Of a stretch of DNA of 64,000 nt, positions 42,694 through 60,388 are shown one piece after another (the stretch's first letter is position 1; each line of letters starts with the position of its first letter). The DNA lies in assembly GCF_009914755.1 (NCBI RefSeq), contig NC_060947.1; one strand, written 5' to 3'. The position numbers and the translations under genes are program-made. The stretch is from the human T2T-CHM13v2.0 reference genome, Homo sapiens. Under the pieces are notes generated by a model. That model searched no databases, was not told the origin of the DNA, and was given only the letters and a program-made list of their open reading frames with translations.

Positions 42694-45600
42694 AAATGAA
42701 AGGCATACATATTATAAAGGAGAAAAATATACCCCATTATGTTGAAAACCCCAAATAATGTACAATAAAACTCCAAAAGACTCTTCCAGAAGACTCCTAG
42801 ACTTGATAAAGAACTTCAGTAAAGTTTCAGGATACAAAATCAATGTACAAAACACAGTAGCATTTCTCTACACCAATATCATTCAAGCTAAGAACCAAAT
42901 GAAGAACCCATTTACAATAGCCACAAAAAATAAAACACCTAGGAATACATTTAATCAAGGAGGTGAAAGATCTCTACAAGAGGAACTACAAAACACTGAT
43001 GAAAAAATTGTGTATGACACAAATAAATGAAAACACATCCCATGCTCATGGATCAAAAGAACCAATATTATTAAAAATGACCACACTGCTCAAAGCAATT
43101 TACAGATTCAGTGCAGTCTCTATCAAATTACCAACACAATTTTTCACATAATTAAAAAAACTTAAAATTCATATGAAACCGAAAGAAGAGTCTGAATAGC
43201 CAAACCAATCCTAAGCAAAAAGAACAAAGCTTGAAGTATTACATTCTGACTTTGAATTATACTACAAGGCTATAGTAACCAAAACGTCATGATATTGGTA
43301 TAAAAATAGACATATAGACCAACGGAACAGAATAGTGAACCCAGAAATAAAGTACCTATTAACAACTGATCTTCTGCAATATTGACAAAATTAAACAATA
43401 GAGAAAGAACACCCTCTTCAATATACGGTGCTAGGAAAACTGGCTAGCCATATGCGGAAGAATGAAACTGGACCCCTGTCTCTCACCATATACATGAATT
43501 AACTCGAGATGGATTAAAGATTTATACTTTAGACATGAAACTGTAAAAATCCTGTGAGAAAATGTAGGAAAAATTCTTCTGGACATTGGCCTGGCTTAGG
43601 CAAAGAATTTTTGACCAGGTCCTCAAAAGCAAATGCAACACAAACAAAAATAAACAGACGGGACTCAGTTAAGCTAAAAACCTTCCACACAGCAAAAGAA
43701 ACAATCAACAGAGTAAACCTACCTAATGAGAAAAAATATTTGCAAATTATGTATCTAACAAAGGCTAATATCCAGAATCTACAAGAAACTCCAACAACTC
43801 AACAACAACAACAACGACAAAAACAAAAACAAAAAACAAGTAACGCCATTAAAAAGTAGGCAAAGGGCATGAATGGGTGTTTTTTGAAAGACATACAAGT
43901 GGCCAACAAACATATGAAAGATGCTCAATATCACTAATTATCAGAGAAATGCAAATTAAAACCAAACAATACTATCTTACACCAGTCAGAATAGCTATTA
44001 TTTAAAAATCAAAAAACAACAGATGTTGGTGAGGATGTGGAGAAAAAAGTAATGCTTATGCACTGTTAGTGGGAATGTAAATTATCACATTTATGGAAAA
44101 CAGTATGGAGATTTCTCAAAGAACTAAAAATAGATTTCTCAAAGAACTAAACATGGTAAAAAATGAAATACCATTTGATCCAGCAATCTCACTACTGGGT
44201 ATCTACCCATCTGCATTTTACATATACGTGGAATACTATGCAGCCATAAAAAAATAATGAAGTCGTGTGTTTTGCAGTAACATGAGTGGAACTGGAGTAC
44301 GTTATCTTAAGTAAAATAATTCAGAAACAGAAAGTCAAATATCACATATTCTCACTTGTAAGTGAGAGCTTAACAATGGGTACACATGGACATATAGAGT
44401 AGCATAATAGATATTGGAGACTACAAAAGGGTGGGAAGTTGACAAGGGTTGAAAAATTACCTCTTGGGTACAATGTTCCCTCTTCAGGTGATGGGTACAC
44501 TAAAAGCCCAGACTCCACCACGATGCGATATATGCATGTAAGAAATCTGCACTTGTACCCTCTAAATCCATTTTTAAAATCGAAAAATATCACCGTAAGA
44601 TACCGCTTCACAGCCACTGGAATGACTATTATAAGCAAACAAAGCAAAGAGCAAACAAGTTTTGGTAGGGCCTGGTGGGAGGTGTTTTCATCATGGGGGC
44701 AGGTCCTTCATGGGTGGCTTGGTACCACTCTCATAGTAATGAGTGAGTTCTCCCTCTGAATTCATTGCAAGAGTTGGTCGTTTAAAAGAGTGTGGCATGT
44801 CCTTGGAACAGCTACAATTCATACATTGTTGATGACAGTGTAAAATGGTACAAGTACTTTGGTAAAACTTGTTGCAGTTATTTATGAAACTAAGCATTCA
44901 CCTACTCTATGACCCAGCAGTTCCACTCCTAGGTATTTACCTTAGTGAAATGAAAATGAAAACATATTAAAAAAAACACTTTTACATGAATGTTCACAGC
45001 AACTTTATTCATAATAACCTGAAACTGGAAAGAGTCCAGATGTGTATTCATAAAAGAAGAGATAAACAGAACAGGCAAAAATCTAATCTATAGTGGTAAA
45101 AGAAAATCAAACTGTGGGTTCCTCTGAGATGTATGTGCAGAAGTATGAGAGTACTTCCTGTAGTGATAGTAATATTTTATATCTTGATAAGGGTTTGGGT
45201 TAAATAGGTATATGCATTGGTCAAAACTCAGTGAGTGTATATTTAATATTTTAAACATCATTGCATATACATTGTAACTTTAAAAAGCTGTAAGCAAATA
45301 TTGAACTCTACTTAATGATATAAATGTTGAAGTATTAGGGAGATATGTACTGATATCTGCAATGTATTATACTTTAAAATTCACTGAAAATAAGATTAAC
45401 TGATGAATGAATAGATGGGAAGATAGGTGATAAAGCAAGTATAGAAATATCTTAATGGTAGAATCTAGATGTAAGTCTATGGCTTTTCTGTGTTAAATGT
45501 TTTCAACTTTTCTATATGTTTAGAAATGTTCATAATAAAATGTTGGGAAAATAGAGTTACTACTCATTGTTTTAGGCACTTAGATATATGAGAGATAACA

Positions 45601-47149
45601 GAGGGAGAGTTTCCCAGAGGAACTTATCCAAGGGAAGTAAATTAATATTTACACAGTTCCTCCTACAAGCCAGGGGTAAAGGTAAGGATAACAATTTATT
45701 TTTAACTTCACAACAAGTGGGCACAGAAGGTATTATTATTGTAACTGGAAACTCATGACTAGCAGGTTAAGTAACTTGTCCAAGGCCAAAAATCAATAAA
45801 TGGCAGACAGGATTTCACACTGAACTCCTTCTGATTACAAAGCCTGTACTCTTTGTAGTATGTCAAGTTTTGCAGCTATCTTCACCCTGCCTCTTCACCC
45901 CATATCTCCTTCCCTGCTTTTTTGTTTTTCCCTAGTACTTATCACAATTTGATATATTATATATTTGCTTATTTATTTTTAATTACTCTGTCGTCACTAT
46001 AATGAGAATTCCAAGATGGCCAGGAATTTTTGTCTATTGTGCCTACAGTTTCATCTGCAGTGTCAAGAACAGAGCATGACTCTTGGTAGATGCTCATGAA
46101 ATATTTGCTGAGTAAACTGAATTAATGCACAGTAACAGTTTGCTTGGAATAAGCAGAAGCAGGAGCGGTAATCCATCTGCAAAAATGCATAGTAAAAAGC
46201 TTGGCTGCAAGATGCAAAATAATGGGCTCCAGAAACCCAAAGCAGTTTGGAATAGCTAGGGAAGAATGTATGGAAAACATGAATTACACGCTAGAAGAGT
46301 AAGAAGGGATCAGATCATACAGAACCTTAAAAGCCATAAGGAAGGACTCTAGTCTTTCTCTGAAAGACACTGGGGAGGTTTAGAAGGATCTTAACATGGG
46401 AGCAGAAGATAAGACTCAGCATGAAAAATTAATGGAAGAGGGCTCACAATGGAAGCAAGGACATCAGTTACAACTTTAGCCATGGGAAAGAAAAGTGTTC
46501 TCACTGCAAGAAGAGGCATTGTAGATAGAAAGCAGGGGATAGTTTGAGAAAAATATAGGAGATTGAGTTGATAAGACTGGTTGTGTAATATAAGGGAGAG
46601 GGAAAAATTAAATATGATGTTTGGTTTATGGCTTGGGAAACTTAGTGGATGGTGGTACCATTCAATGAAAATGGGAAAACAAGTGGAGAAGTAGGTTTAA
46701 AATGAGTAGAAGTGATGAGTTCACGTTTGAATATGATATGTTTTATATTCTACAAAATATCTAAGTTGTGATATCAGTAGTCAATTGAATACACAGGTCA
46801 AGAGCTTTGCATAAATCTGGGCTGGATACATAAATGTTGTTGGGTAACCTAGCTGTTTGGTCACTGAGGATAATTTAATAACTCTTTTTCATTTAATAAT
46901 GTTTTCATTTAAAAAATACTACCTCTAATATTTGACCCCACCCCTAAAATAAACCTAGTATTCTTTGGTTGGTGGCTATTTACTATTCCATGGGAATTAT
47001 AAGAAGAATACAAACTGTTTGATAATAAAAAGCTATAGAATAGCAAGATTAAAATGTAGCAGATATAAGAATCTTAGGGATTTTTGTTACATTAGAAGGC
47101 TAATCTTTGGCAAATATATTACAGTTGGGGATAGTTCTTTGATACTCAC

Positions 47150-47386
47150 CTGATCAAATACAGCTCTTTATTCCATGGGTAGATATTTAAGACTGGCCCA
47201 ATCCCAATCATGTGGTTGTGACATTCTCCAACATCTTCAATATATTCATGCTTCAATGGCACTTTACTGAGGAGTTCAAATTCCTCAGGTGCCTTTTGAA
47301 GTACCTGTTCTGCTGCATAGAATCCATCTACTAGCAGTGTCCTGCCACCAGTTCCTTCATGTTTAAGACAATGAAACACTTGAATG
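47150..47386 (-). CDS. TMLHE: TMLHE exon 6: (G)IQVFHCLKHEGTGGRTLLVDGFYAAEQV...NIYPWNKELYLI(R)
   Basis: AG at 47388-47387; GTGAGT donor at 47149; 237 nt; GG..LVDGF motif of the BBOX/TMLD family; within ORF 47146..47433. Confidence 0.97.
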
Positions 47387-49407
47387 CTAAAGAGAGAAAA
47401 GAAAATTCTTCTGTTCAGTGGAAGAGAGAACATATCAAAATTCTAGAAATTATATATAAAATGATTACTGAAACTACTTGTCATTTTCTTTTCATTTCCT
47501 AATTGGAAATCTCATTTCTTAATTGTTTTTCTCTCATAGGCAGTTGTACTTTTTTGTGGTTTGAAATATTAATGCCACTAGAGGTTTCTTCTAAACATAT
47601 CTAACATATATTGAAGCTTATATGTGCTGGGCCCTGGGAATACAGGCATGAATAATATATAACCTATATTTTCAAGAAGCTCATAGTCTAGTAAGAAGAA
47701 CTAAAGCAAATAAATACCAAATAAAATATGATAGGTACTATAATAAAGTTGCATACAAGATATAGTGGGGTCATAAACAAAGGAATGATCTGTTCTAGCG
47801 GGGTGTTGTATAAAGAAATGTTTTGGAGAAGAATGAAAATTGTTTTGACTAATCTTAAAGAATGAGCAAGAATTGGAGTAGAAGGAGATTGAGATGAGGA
47901 GAAGGCATTCTAGGCGGAGAGAAAGCATGACCAAAGATACCAATGTAAAACAACGAGTAAGAAATTCCTATTGGCATAGCACAGAGAACCACAAAATGAT
48001 TTTAAACTGTGAAACTCTACGGCCATATCAATATTTTAAAGAGTCCATTATGTTGATAGTGTGGAACATGGACTGGTGAGAAGCAACGTGACAAAAAACT
48101 TGGAAACCAACTTGAACAACTGAAATAGTAAAGAAAAATATTGAGAGCTTGAACTCAGAAAGGGGCGTTATAGAGAAGAAGACACACCTGAGAGATACCG
48201 AGATAGAAGTAGCAGAATTTGATAACTGAAGGATAGGCAAGAATCTAGAATAACTCCAGGTTTCTCACTTGGGCACCTGAAAAATGATAATGCTATTTAC
48301 TAAGACCGAGATTACAGACAGATATGCTGTTGAATGATAATGAGGAAGTATGAGAGGTTGAGGAAGGAGTTCAGTTTAGAGGCATGTTAGAACAGCTAAT
48401 CATATACAGTTTCTGAATATGTTAACAGGGAAAGGTAAGGTGACTATTAATTGACTGGAAAACTAAGGTAGAATTTTCAAACTTATGAGGGAAAATAAAA
48501 TTAATAGTAATTTAATCAAATATGCAAAACTAAGAAAAAGTAAAAAGCAAATTAAAATAAGAAATAAACAAAAATATGGAGTAAAATCAAGGACAATCTA
48601 ATATAATATAAATACAATTAAAAAGAGAAAGGTAAGCCTGGCCATATTGAAATTTCTGTGAAACTTCTAGGTCAGGGTTATTTAGTTACCAGTTAAAGAT
48701 GTTTAAGGAAGAGAGGTGGATTTTGTTACAAGTGATAGCTAAAGCCAAGAGCATGGAAGAGGTCGTTTGGAGAGATCATTTCAAGTAAGAAAAGAGGGAT
48801 AAGGAGAAAACCTTGAGGAAGAATAATATTTAGGAAATAGACAAAAGAAGCCAGCAAAGGAGGCTGAGGAAAAATGGTCAGATATATAGGAAGAAAACTA
48901 GGAAAGAAGGAATATTTAAGAAATTTAGTAGTGGTTAATGGTATGTCTCAGGGATCAAGTAAGATGACAGTACACACTGGATATGACAATTAGTTGCTGG
49001 TGACGTTAGAGAGAGTAACTTTAATTGCGGTGAGGGGTGGGTTGGGAAAACTAGATGCCTATGGGTTTGAGGAGTAAATGGGAAGTGAGAATGAAAATAT
49101 ATTGAATGTAGCTATTATTCTTTTAATAATCTTAGCCATGAAGTGGAAGAAAAAAACATGGCTGTAGCTAAACGGAGATAGAGTCCAAGGAAGTACAAAA
49201 ATAGAGAATTAAGATATGGGAGGCTGATAAGAAGGAGTCAATAGGTATGGAAAGGCTGAAGATAGAGGAGAGAGAAATCCCCAAGGAAGCTGGAAAGGAT
49301 GAGATCCAGAGCAAAGATAGCTTTAGAGAGAGTAAAGCATATAACAATGAAGATAGTGATTAAAATGAATAAAATGATGAAAATTATAGCTAATATTTAT
49401 TGAACAC

Positions 49408-49529
49408 TTAGTTTGTGTCAGGCAGTATGATCATATAATTTAATTCCTTAGCAATGCTAATGGATAGGTTAGTTTGTGTCAGGCAATATGATCATATAAT
49501 TTAATTCCTTAGCAATGCTAATGGATAGG
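49408..49529. repeat. 61-bp tandem duplication (one mismatch) inside a MIR
   Basis: ttagtttgtgtcaggcagtatgatcatataatttaattccttagcaatgctaatggatagg x2 (second copy ggcaat). Confidence 0.92.
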
Positions 49530-50480
49530 TTTTATATTACTAGTCCCATTTTACAGATGAGGAAACTGAAGTACAGAGAAATTAAGTTACTTGTCCAAGA
49601 TCACAAATCTAATACATGTTGAGGCTGGAATGCAAATCTGGGTCTGGTTGATGCCATAGCCTGAACTCTTAAGTGCTATTACCATACTGCTAATTTACTT
49701 GGTCCTTGCCATTGATTACAAACAATTAAACTAAAGCCACAAACAGTTGTTTATCTCTGGTGTTGGTCATAAAGGGAAGAGCTAGTCAGTATTTGAACCT
49801 CAACCCCTGTACAGCTGCTTCTTATCTCATTTCCTCTTTTTTCCTTCTGTATCCACTAGAATGAGGATGCAGGGTTGTTGATCTCTCCATATATTGATAA
49901 CATTTATCAGGATATCTAAAAGCTGCTTTGTTCTTCCTTCCCTGAATCAAACATTCTTAAGTTATAAACCCTTAAAGGAAATCAGTGTAACCATGAGCAA
50001 TTGCATATTATCATCCTCTCATATAGTCTCCATAAATCTATGTGCACTCATTTTACTCATATCTTTGTGTCTCAGGCTCACCATCTATATGCAGAAGCAA
50101 GATCAAGAACACGGAATAACCACAGAGGTGCCTCTACTGAAGAGCAAATGGTAGGAAAATTGAGTATAGTATGTATCATCTTTGGTTCAAAAGCATCTTA
50201 TTCCGTGTGAAGAAGTTATTCTTCCATCATTCCTCCTCTCCAACTTCTTGTAAATCAGATTCAAATTCTTCTTAATGCCATACTCAAAGCAGCTGTGTTT
50301 GCATGACGACCCTTTTGCAATATGTTAATAACTAAATGCAAGAAATCTGTACAAATTCCAAAACTAATGGTTAGGCAATACTTTTTTGGGGGATAATTTA
50401 TAATTACTTTGAAAAATGTAAAATTACATTTTAATAATTAACAAAATTAGGACTCCATTTATATAGTAAGATGAGTTTTC

Positions 50481-51316
50481 TTTTTATTTTATTTTATTTT
50501 ATTTTATTTTATTTTATTTTATTATACTTTAAGTTTTAGGGTACATGTGCACAATGTGCAGGTTTGTTACATATGTATACATGTGCCATGCTGGTGTGCT
50601 GCACCCACTAACTCATCATCTAGCATTAGGTATATCTCCCGATGCTATCCCTCCCCCCTCCCCCCACCCCACAACAGTCCCCAGAGTGTGATGTTCCCCT
50701 TCCTGTGTCCATGTGTTCTCATTGTTCAATTCCCACCTATGAGTGAGAACATGCGGTGTTTGGTTTGTTGTTCTTGCAATAGTTTGCTGAGAATGATGGT
50801 TTCCAGCTCCATCCATGTCCCTACAAAGGACATGAACTCATCATTTTTTATGGCTGCATAGTATTCCATGGTGTATATGTGCCACATTTTCTTTATCCAG
50901 TCTATCGTTGTTGGACATTTGGGTTGGTTCCAAGTCTTTGCTATTGTGAATAGTGCCACAGTAAACATACGTGTGCATGTGTCTTTATAGCAGCATGATT
51001 TATAATCCTTTGGGTATATACCCAGTGATGGGATGGCTGGGTCAAATGGTATTTCTAGTTCTAGATCCCTGAGGAATCGCCACACTGACTTCCACAATGG
51101 TTGAACTAGTTTACAGTCCCACCAACAGTGTAAAAGTGTTCCTATTTCTCCACATCCTCTCCAGCACCTGTTGTTTCCTGACTTTTTAATGATTGCCATT
51201 CTAACTGGTGTGAGATGGTATCTCATTGTGGTTTTGATTTGCATTTCTCTGATGGCCAGTAATGATGAGCATTTTCTCATGTGTTTTTTGGCTGCATAAA
51301 TGTCTTCTTTTGAGAA
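50481..51316 (-). mobile_element. 5'-truncated L1PA2/3-like, ~0.83 kb, TMLHE intron 5
   Basis: (TTTTA)n tail; L1 3'UTR with GAG (not ACA) diagnostic; ORF2 C-terminus ORF 50726..51280. Confidence 0.9.
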
Positions 51317-51343
51317 CTTAAAAATATTTTATTCCTAGGAGTC

Positions 51344-51754
51344 TGATATAGTTTGGATATTTATCCCCACCAAAATCTCATGTTGAATTGTAATCTCCAG
51401 TGCTGGAGGTAGGGCCTGGTGGAAGTGTTTAGCTCATGGAGGTGGATAACTGATGGCTTGGTGCTGTCTTCAGATAGTGAGTGAGTTCCTGTGACAGCTA
51501 GCTGTTTAAAAGTGTGTGGCACCTCCTCCCTGACTCTCTCTCACTTGCTCCTGTTTTTGCCATGTGAACTGTTTGCTCCCCGCTCACCTTCCACCATGAT
51601 TGGAAGCTCCCTGAGGCCTCCCCAGAAGAAGATGCTGCTATGCTTTCTGTATAGCCTGCAGAACCATGAGACAATTAAATCTCTCTTTTTTTTTTTTTAT
51701 AAATTACCCAGTCTCAGGTATTTATTTATAGCAATGCAAGAATGGCCTAATACA
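51344..51754 (+). mobile_element. MSTA/B-like MaLR solo LTR
   Basis: tgatatagtttggat ... gaatggcctaataca; 5-bp TSD gagtc/gaatc. Confidence 0.85.
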
Positions 51755-51932
51755 GAATCTAAAAACTGAGTTAAGGTATTTCAAAATGATCATGTTTCTA
51801 GGGGAAGAGAAAGTCATACAAATCTGCAGGAGCAGATATGATCTTGGTTCGAACAGAATGGAAAATAATTAAGAAACCACTCAAGACTATCACATATAAA
51901 GACTTTACACTGTAAAAGTCTAATCCACCTAC

Positions 51933-52052
51933 CCACAGGGCTCTTGAAAATAGGTAGTGTCAGTGTGCCGATCCAGAGCTAGCTTGGTGTACGCAGTGTC
52001 ACCTCTGGAGAAGTCTGAAGTGAAATACCACATCCTCCCATAAATGGTTTCT
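51933..52052 (-). CDS. TMLHE: TMLHE exon 5: (R)ETIYGRMWYFTSDFSRGDTAYTKLALDRHTDTTYFQEPC(G)
   Basis: AG at 52054-52053; GTAGGT donor at 51932; 120 nt; contains the HxD (HTD) iron-binding motif. Confidence 0.97.
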
Positions 52053-52411
52053 CTGTTAGTTGAAATAAAGAAAGACCTGTTAGCTATTTGAAATGTTCAT
52101 TCTTGTCTTTCAAAACTCCTTCCAATACCTTCTTTAGTTACTCACAAATAACAGTAGATTTTTTTGGTTCCAGAATTTAATCCATAAGGTGAAAATGACA
52201 GTTGAACATGCTAGTCTTGACAATTCTGTCACTTATTAACATTCTAGAAAGTTGGGGAGAAAACTGTGGAAGTATAATATTGTATTATGAAAGCTTGGAG
52301 AATCATCCCACTCTGATTATGTGCCCAGTTTTCATAGCCTTCATAAATTCAAGGTTCTTTTCTATGCTCACCTTTCTTTCACAGAAAAAGATATAGCTGC
52401 TTCTGGAAGTG

Positions 52412-52857
52412 ATTTTTTTATTTTATTTTATTAATTATTATTATACTTTAAGTTTTAGGGTACATGTGCACAATGTGCAGGTTTGTTACATATGTATACA
52501 TGTGCCATGCTGGTGCGCTGCACCCACTAACTCCTCATCTAGCATTAGGTATATCTCCCAATGCTATCCCTCCCCCCTTCCCCCCACCCCACAACAGTCC
52601 CCAGAGTGTGATGTTCCCCTTCCTGTGTCCATGTGTTCTCATTGTTCAATTCCCACCTATGAGTGAGAATATGCGGTGTTTGGTTTTTTGTCCTTGCGAT
52701 AGTTTACTGAGAATGAGGATTTCCAATTTCATCCATGTCCCTACAAAGGACATGAACTCATCATTTTTTATGGCTGCATAGTATTCCATGGTGTATATGT
52801 GCCACATTTTCTTAATCCAGTCTATCATTGTTGGACATTTGGGTTGGTTCCAAGTCT
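52412..52857 (-). mobile_element. 5'-truncated L1PA2/3-like, ~0.45 kb, TMLHE intron 4
   Basis: T-rich tail; L1 3'UTR; ORF2 end ORF 52646..52828. Confidence 0.9.
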
Positions 52858-54245
52858 AACTTTATTTACTATTTTTATAGCTGTTGTCTTTTATTAGTAC
52901 CATTTTTTCAATAATGGTGGTCATTTCCTAATATTTTGGATAATCCAATTTGCAAGGATGACTGAAGAGTTCTCATATTATTTATAAGACACAGAAGTGA
53001 TTAATGTAGATCCTCACTCATCTTTTGGACATGGAGGAATAAAGAAAAGAGAAAAGGATAGTTTGTGTTAGCAAGTATTTAGTGAGACTTGCTGTACCAT
53101 TGTTGTTGTGTCTCTCCTTGAAGTATACATCATATATTTTGATTTTGTAATTATTTTCCTGTTCGGCTCAAATCTGACTAAAGGTCACTTTAATTCTTTA
53201 GCTTTCAAAGTTCATCTTATTTTCTGAACCCTTGAAGTTCAAATAGGAAATGCTCTTCCTTTTGAACTATCATCCCTAAAACTGTCTCAATTTATCACTT
53301 ACCAGCACAGTTTCTTTCACTTGAAAGTTCTCAAACTGTGATTCAAACTGAATGGCTCACAGATGCTGTTGATTATGCTCTACCAGCACAGGGAAGAAGA
53401 CCCAGCATACTATCTACTACAAAATGAGCTATATCTGGATCTTATTAAGTAAAAGGAAAGTACTAATTATAATAAAGTAGGTTGACATCACACTTAATAC
53501 TATAGAAGATCAATCTATATACCACCCAAAAGTGCGTAATGGTAATGAAAAAAACAATGTATTTAGGATTAGGAAACCTGGGCTATTTGAATTCAAGTTC
53601 TATTGTTTACTAGTAGAGCACTCCTGGGCAAGACACTTGGTATATTTGAGTGTCAGTGCCTCAGCAGTAAAACGGGGACAAAACACACACTGATCAGGGT
53701 TCCTATAATAATTAAAAGAAAATAATGGGTGGGAATGTGCTGGCTGAATGCTATATAGCCTTTTAAGGCAGTGTTATTAACAATCAGTCTCTGAATCAAG
53801 CCACAGGAATCACAGAAGGTCAAATTGAACAGATGGGAAAATAGAGGACAGTGGGGGTCGAGGGGGTGTGTGTGTGTGTGTGTGTGTGTAATGGACATGC
53901 CTATGGTCACACAACTACTTGACGGTAGAACTCAGACTACTATCCAGTTCTCCTTACAGTCAGTGTTTTTTTCCAGTGTACAATAATACCTGTCACTTGG
54001 GATCACTGGGCTAGAAACATATTACCAATGACTCTGCAGTCATCATTATATTTTACACATAAGTGTATTTAGAGATTAGAAATCCAGACCTCAAATAAAG
54101 TACTGCAAGTGAGAGTCCCTTATTCATGCTACAAAATATTCTGGATTGAAAACGAGGGTGACCATACCTGTTACATTTATTTATTGGTGTTCATGCTCTG
54201 GAAATTAATTATAATACTGTGGATTTTAGGAAACAAATGAATTAC

Positions 54246-54525
54246 CTGATTAAGCTGATCCTTTCTGCCAACTTCTCTGTGTGCTCTTGAGTGGGAGGGA
54301 CATTTTCTACGAATGCAATTCCATAGAGCAGAAAGTTTTGCAGAAACTTCTTCAGTCCCTCGTTGGTTTCTAAGAAGCTCTGGCAATCTACCGATGGAAC
54401 TTGGGCTTGCTGGTAGATTTCAGCATTCCATAGTATTCTAGGCTGGATGACTTTTTGTTTCTGCCCTTCATAGCTGTTTTTCACCAGCCAATTCAAATCA
54501 TATTTAGTCACATGACCATCTGGCC
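54246..54525 (-). CDS. TMLHE: TMLHE exon 4: (W)PDGHVTKYDLNWLVKNSYEGQKQKVIQPRILW...EKLAERISLI(R)
   Basis: AG at 54527-54526; GTAAT donor at 54245; 280 nt; PDGH motif of the N-terminal BBOX/TMLD domain; ORF 54242..54511. Exons 1-3 lie beyond the window. Confidence 0.97.
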
Positions 54526-56027
54526 CTTTTAAGGGGAAAAATAAAAGGCACTATAATAATTACAAATAATGTCAATATTTGTAATTGGTTACAACTAGTT
54601 AAGAATCTTTTTCCTAGCAATCAGTTATCCAGTACTGTATTGTTTATGAAACCAAATTAAAATGAATGCCTAGAATGTTTCTGAGAAAGAAATATGTGTG
54701 GTTTGAGTGGTATGCATGAATAAATGAATGAACAAATAAATCTTCCCAGAGGCTAAATAAGTTTACAGAATTATAGTTATATAGTAAAAGATCTTCTGGA
54801 AAATTCATCAAGTCATCAAAGAATGATAATCCAAGTAGGCTTTTACAAGCCTACTTGGCACTCTCTCCCCTTGCCCCCATCCCTGTCTTCCATCTATATA
54901 GGAACTCAGAATGTTTGAGCTAGAAGGGGCTAATCTTTATTTTACAGATGGAGAAAAAGTCAGTGACTCACTCAAGATCACACAACTAAGTACTATAGGT
55001 GGAACTAGAACCCCACCTTCTTGCTGCTACAAGTTCAGTACTATTCAATGCTGCCTTCCTCTTCTACATGATGTAGGACATTGCTGTCTAATTATATGAC
55101 ATCAACACAATACAATAAAATTACTTTGTAAGTGGCTTCACCTGCTGTGCACACCCCACCCAAAAAAAGTTGAAAACCAACCCTGAAATGCTTTAGAAAA
55201 TCTTCAGGATAAGCAAAGGAAGCAGCAGAAGGAGTGAAAGACTATGTTGACAACTTGTCTCTCCTTTTTACTTCTCTCTCTTTTCCTCCCTCCCCTTGGT
55301 AAAAAAGTATCACACTTTGGATAATTTGGAAAGCATAAAAAAGTATGAGGAAATTAAAAGTCACCATGTTTATCATTCTATCACCCAGATGAAACTATGA
55401 TTGACAGCCTGGCATCATTCCTTCCAGTTTTTCTGTACATTCTCTTATTTTATGTAATTTATGTATATAAATATAGTTTATGTAATTTATATATATAAAA
55501 TTTGGGACTCTGCCATTGTCACTTAACATTTTAACAATTTTTAAAATTAAATTTTATCATTTTAAAAATTCAACCTTCATTAAAATTAATTTTTAAAGCT
55601 TACAAAATATACATTACCAAGATTTACCTAACCCATCTGTTATTCTGGGTATGTACATTTATTTTAAAAAAATTTCCTATTATTTATTAGTGATCATCTT
55701 TAACCATATTTCTATAATTTAGAAATAGAATGTATATTACATTTCTTAAAAGTTCGTATCTTTGTATTTAGAAATTTCAAAGATATAAACTTTTAAGAGT
55801 TCTGATATACATAATCAAATTACTTTTTAGAAAGTCTACTTATCTTCATTCCCTCCAACAGTACATATGTGTCCATCAAAATGGAGTATTCTTATTTTTA
55901 AAATATATTTTTTTCTAATTTGGTAACTAAAGTGGAACTGCTATCTTGTAATAATTTTAACTTATTTGCTTACTAAGGCTAATAAGAATACTTTCTATAT
56001 TTGTTAGACATCTATGTTTCTTTAATG

Positions 56028-56209
56028 CAGGGACTACCAAACTATGGTTTATGAGTCAAATCTGGTGCTTGGTTTTGTAATGCCTGTTTCAGAACACATG
56101 CTGTCCATGTTGTTACATATTGTCTATAGCTCCATTCACTCATATAGCCCACAAAGTTTGAAAATATTTACCATCTGGCTCTTTATAGAAAATGTTTGCT
56201 GACTCCTGC
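56028..56209. mobile_element. MER58-like hAT MITE
   Basis: cagggactaccaaactatgg ... aaaatatttaccatctggctctttatagaaaatgtttgctgactcctg. Confidence 0.65.
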
Positions 56210-56497
56210 TTTAATGATTTGTCTGTTCAGTCCTTTCTCACATTTTTCTATTGGAACAATTGTACTTTTCTTTTTTTTTTTTTTTTTTTTTTATTATACT
56301 CTAAGTTTTAGGGTACATGTGCACATTGTGCAGGTTAGTTACATATGTATACATGTGCCATGCTGGTGCGCTGCACCCACTAATGTGTCATCTAGCATTA
56401 GGTATATCTCCCAATGCTATCCCTCCCCCCTCCCCCGACCCCACCACAGTCCCCAGAGTGTGATATTCCCCTTCCTGTGTCCATGTGATCTCATTGT

Positions 56498-60349
<3,852 letters not shown>

Positions 60350-60388
60350 TCATTAGTTGATGCAGTTTCTTCCTAGTCTCGATGGTCT

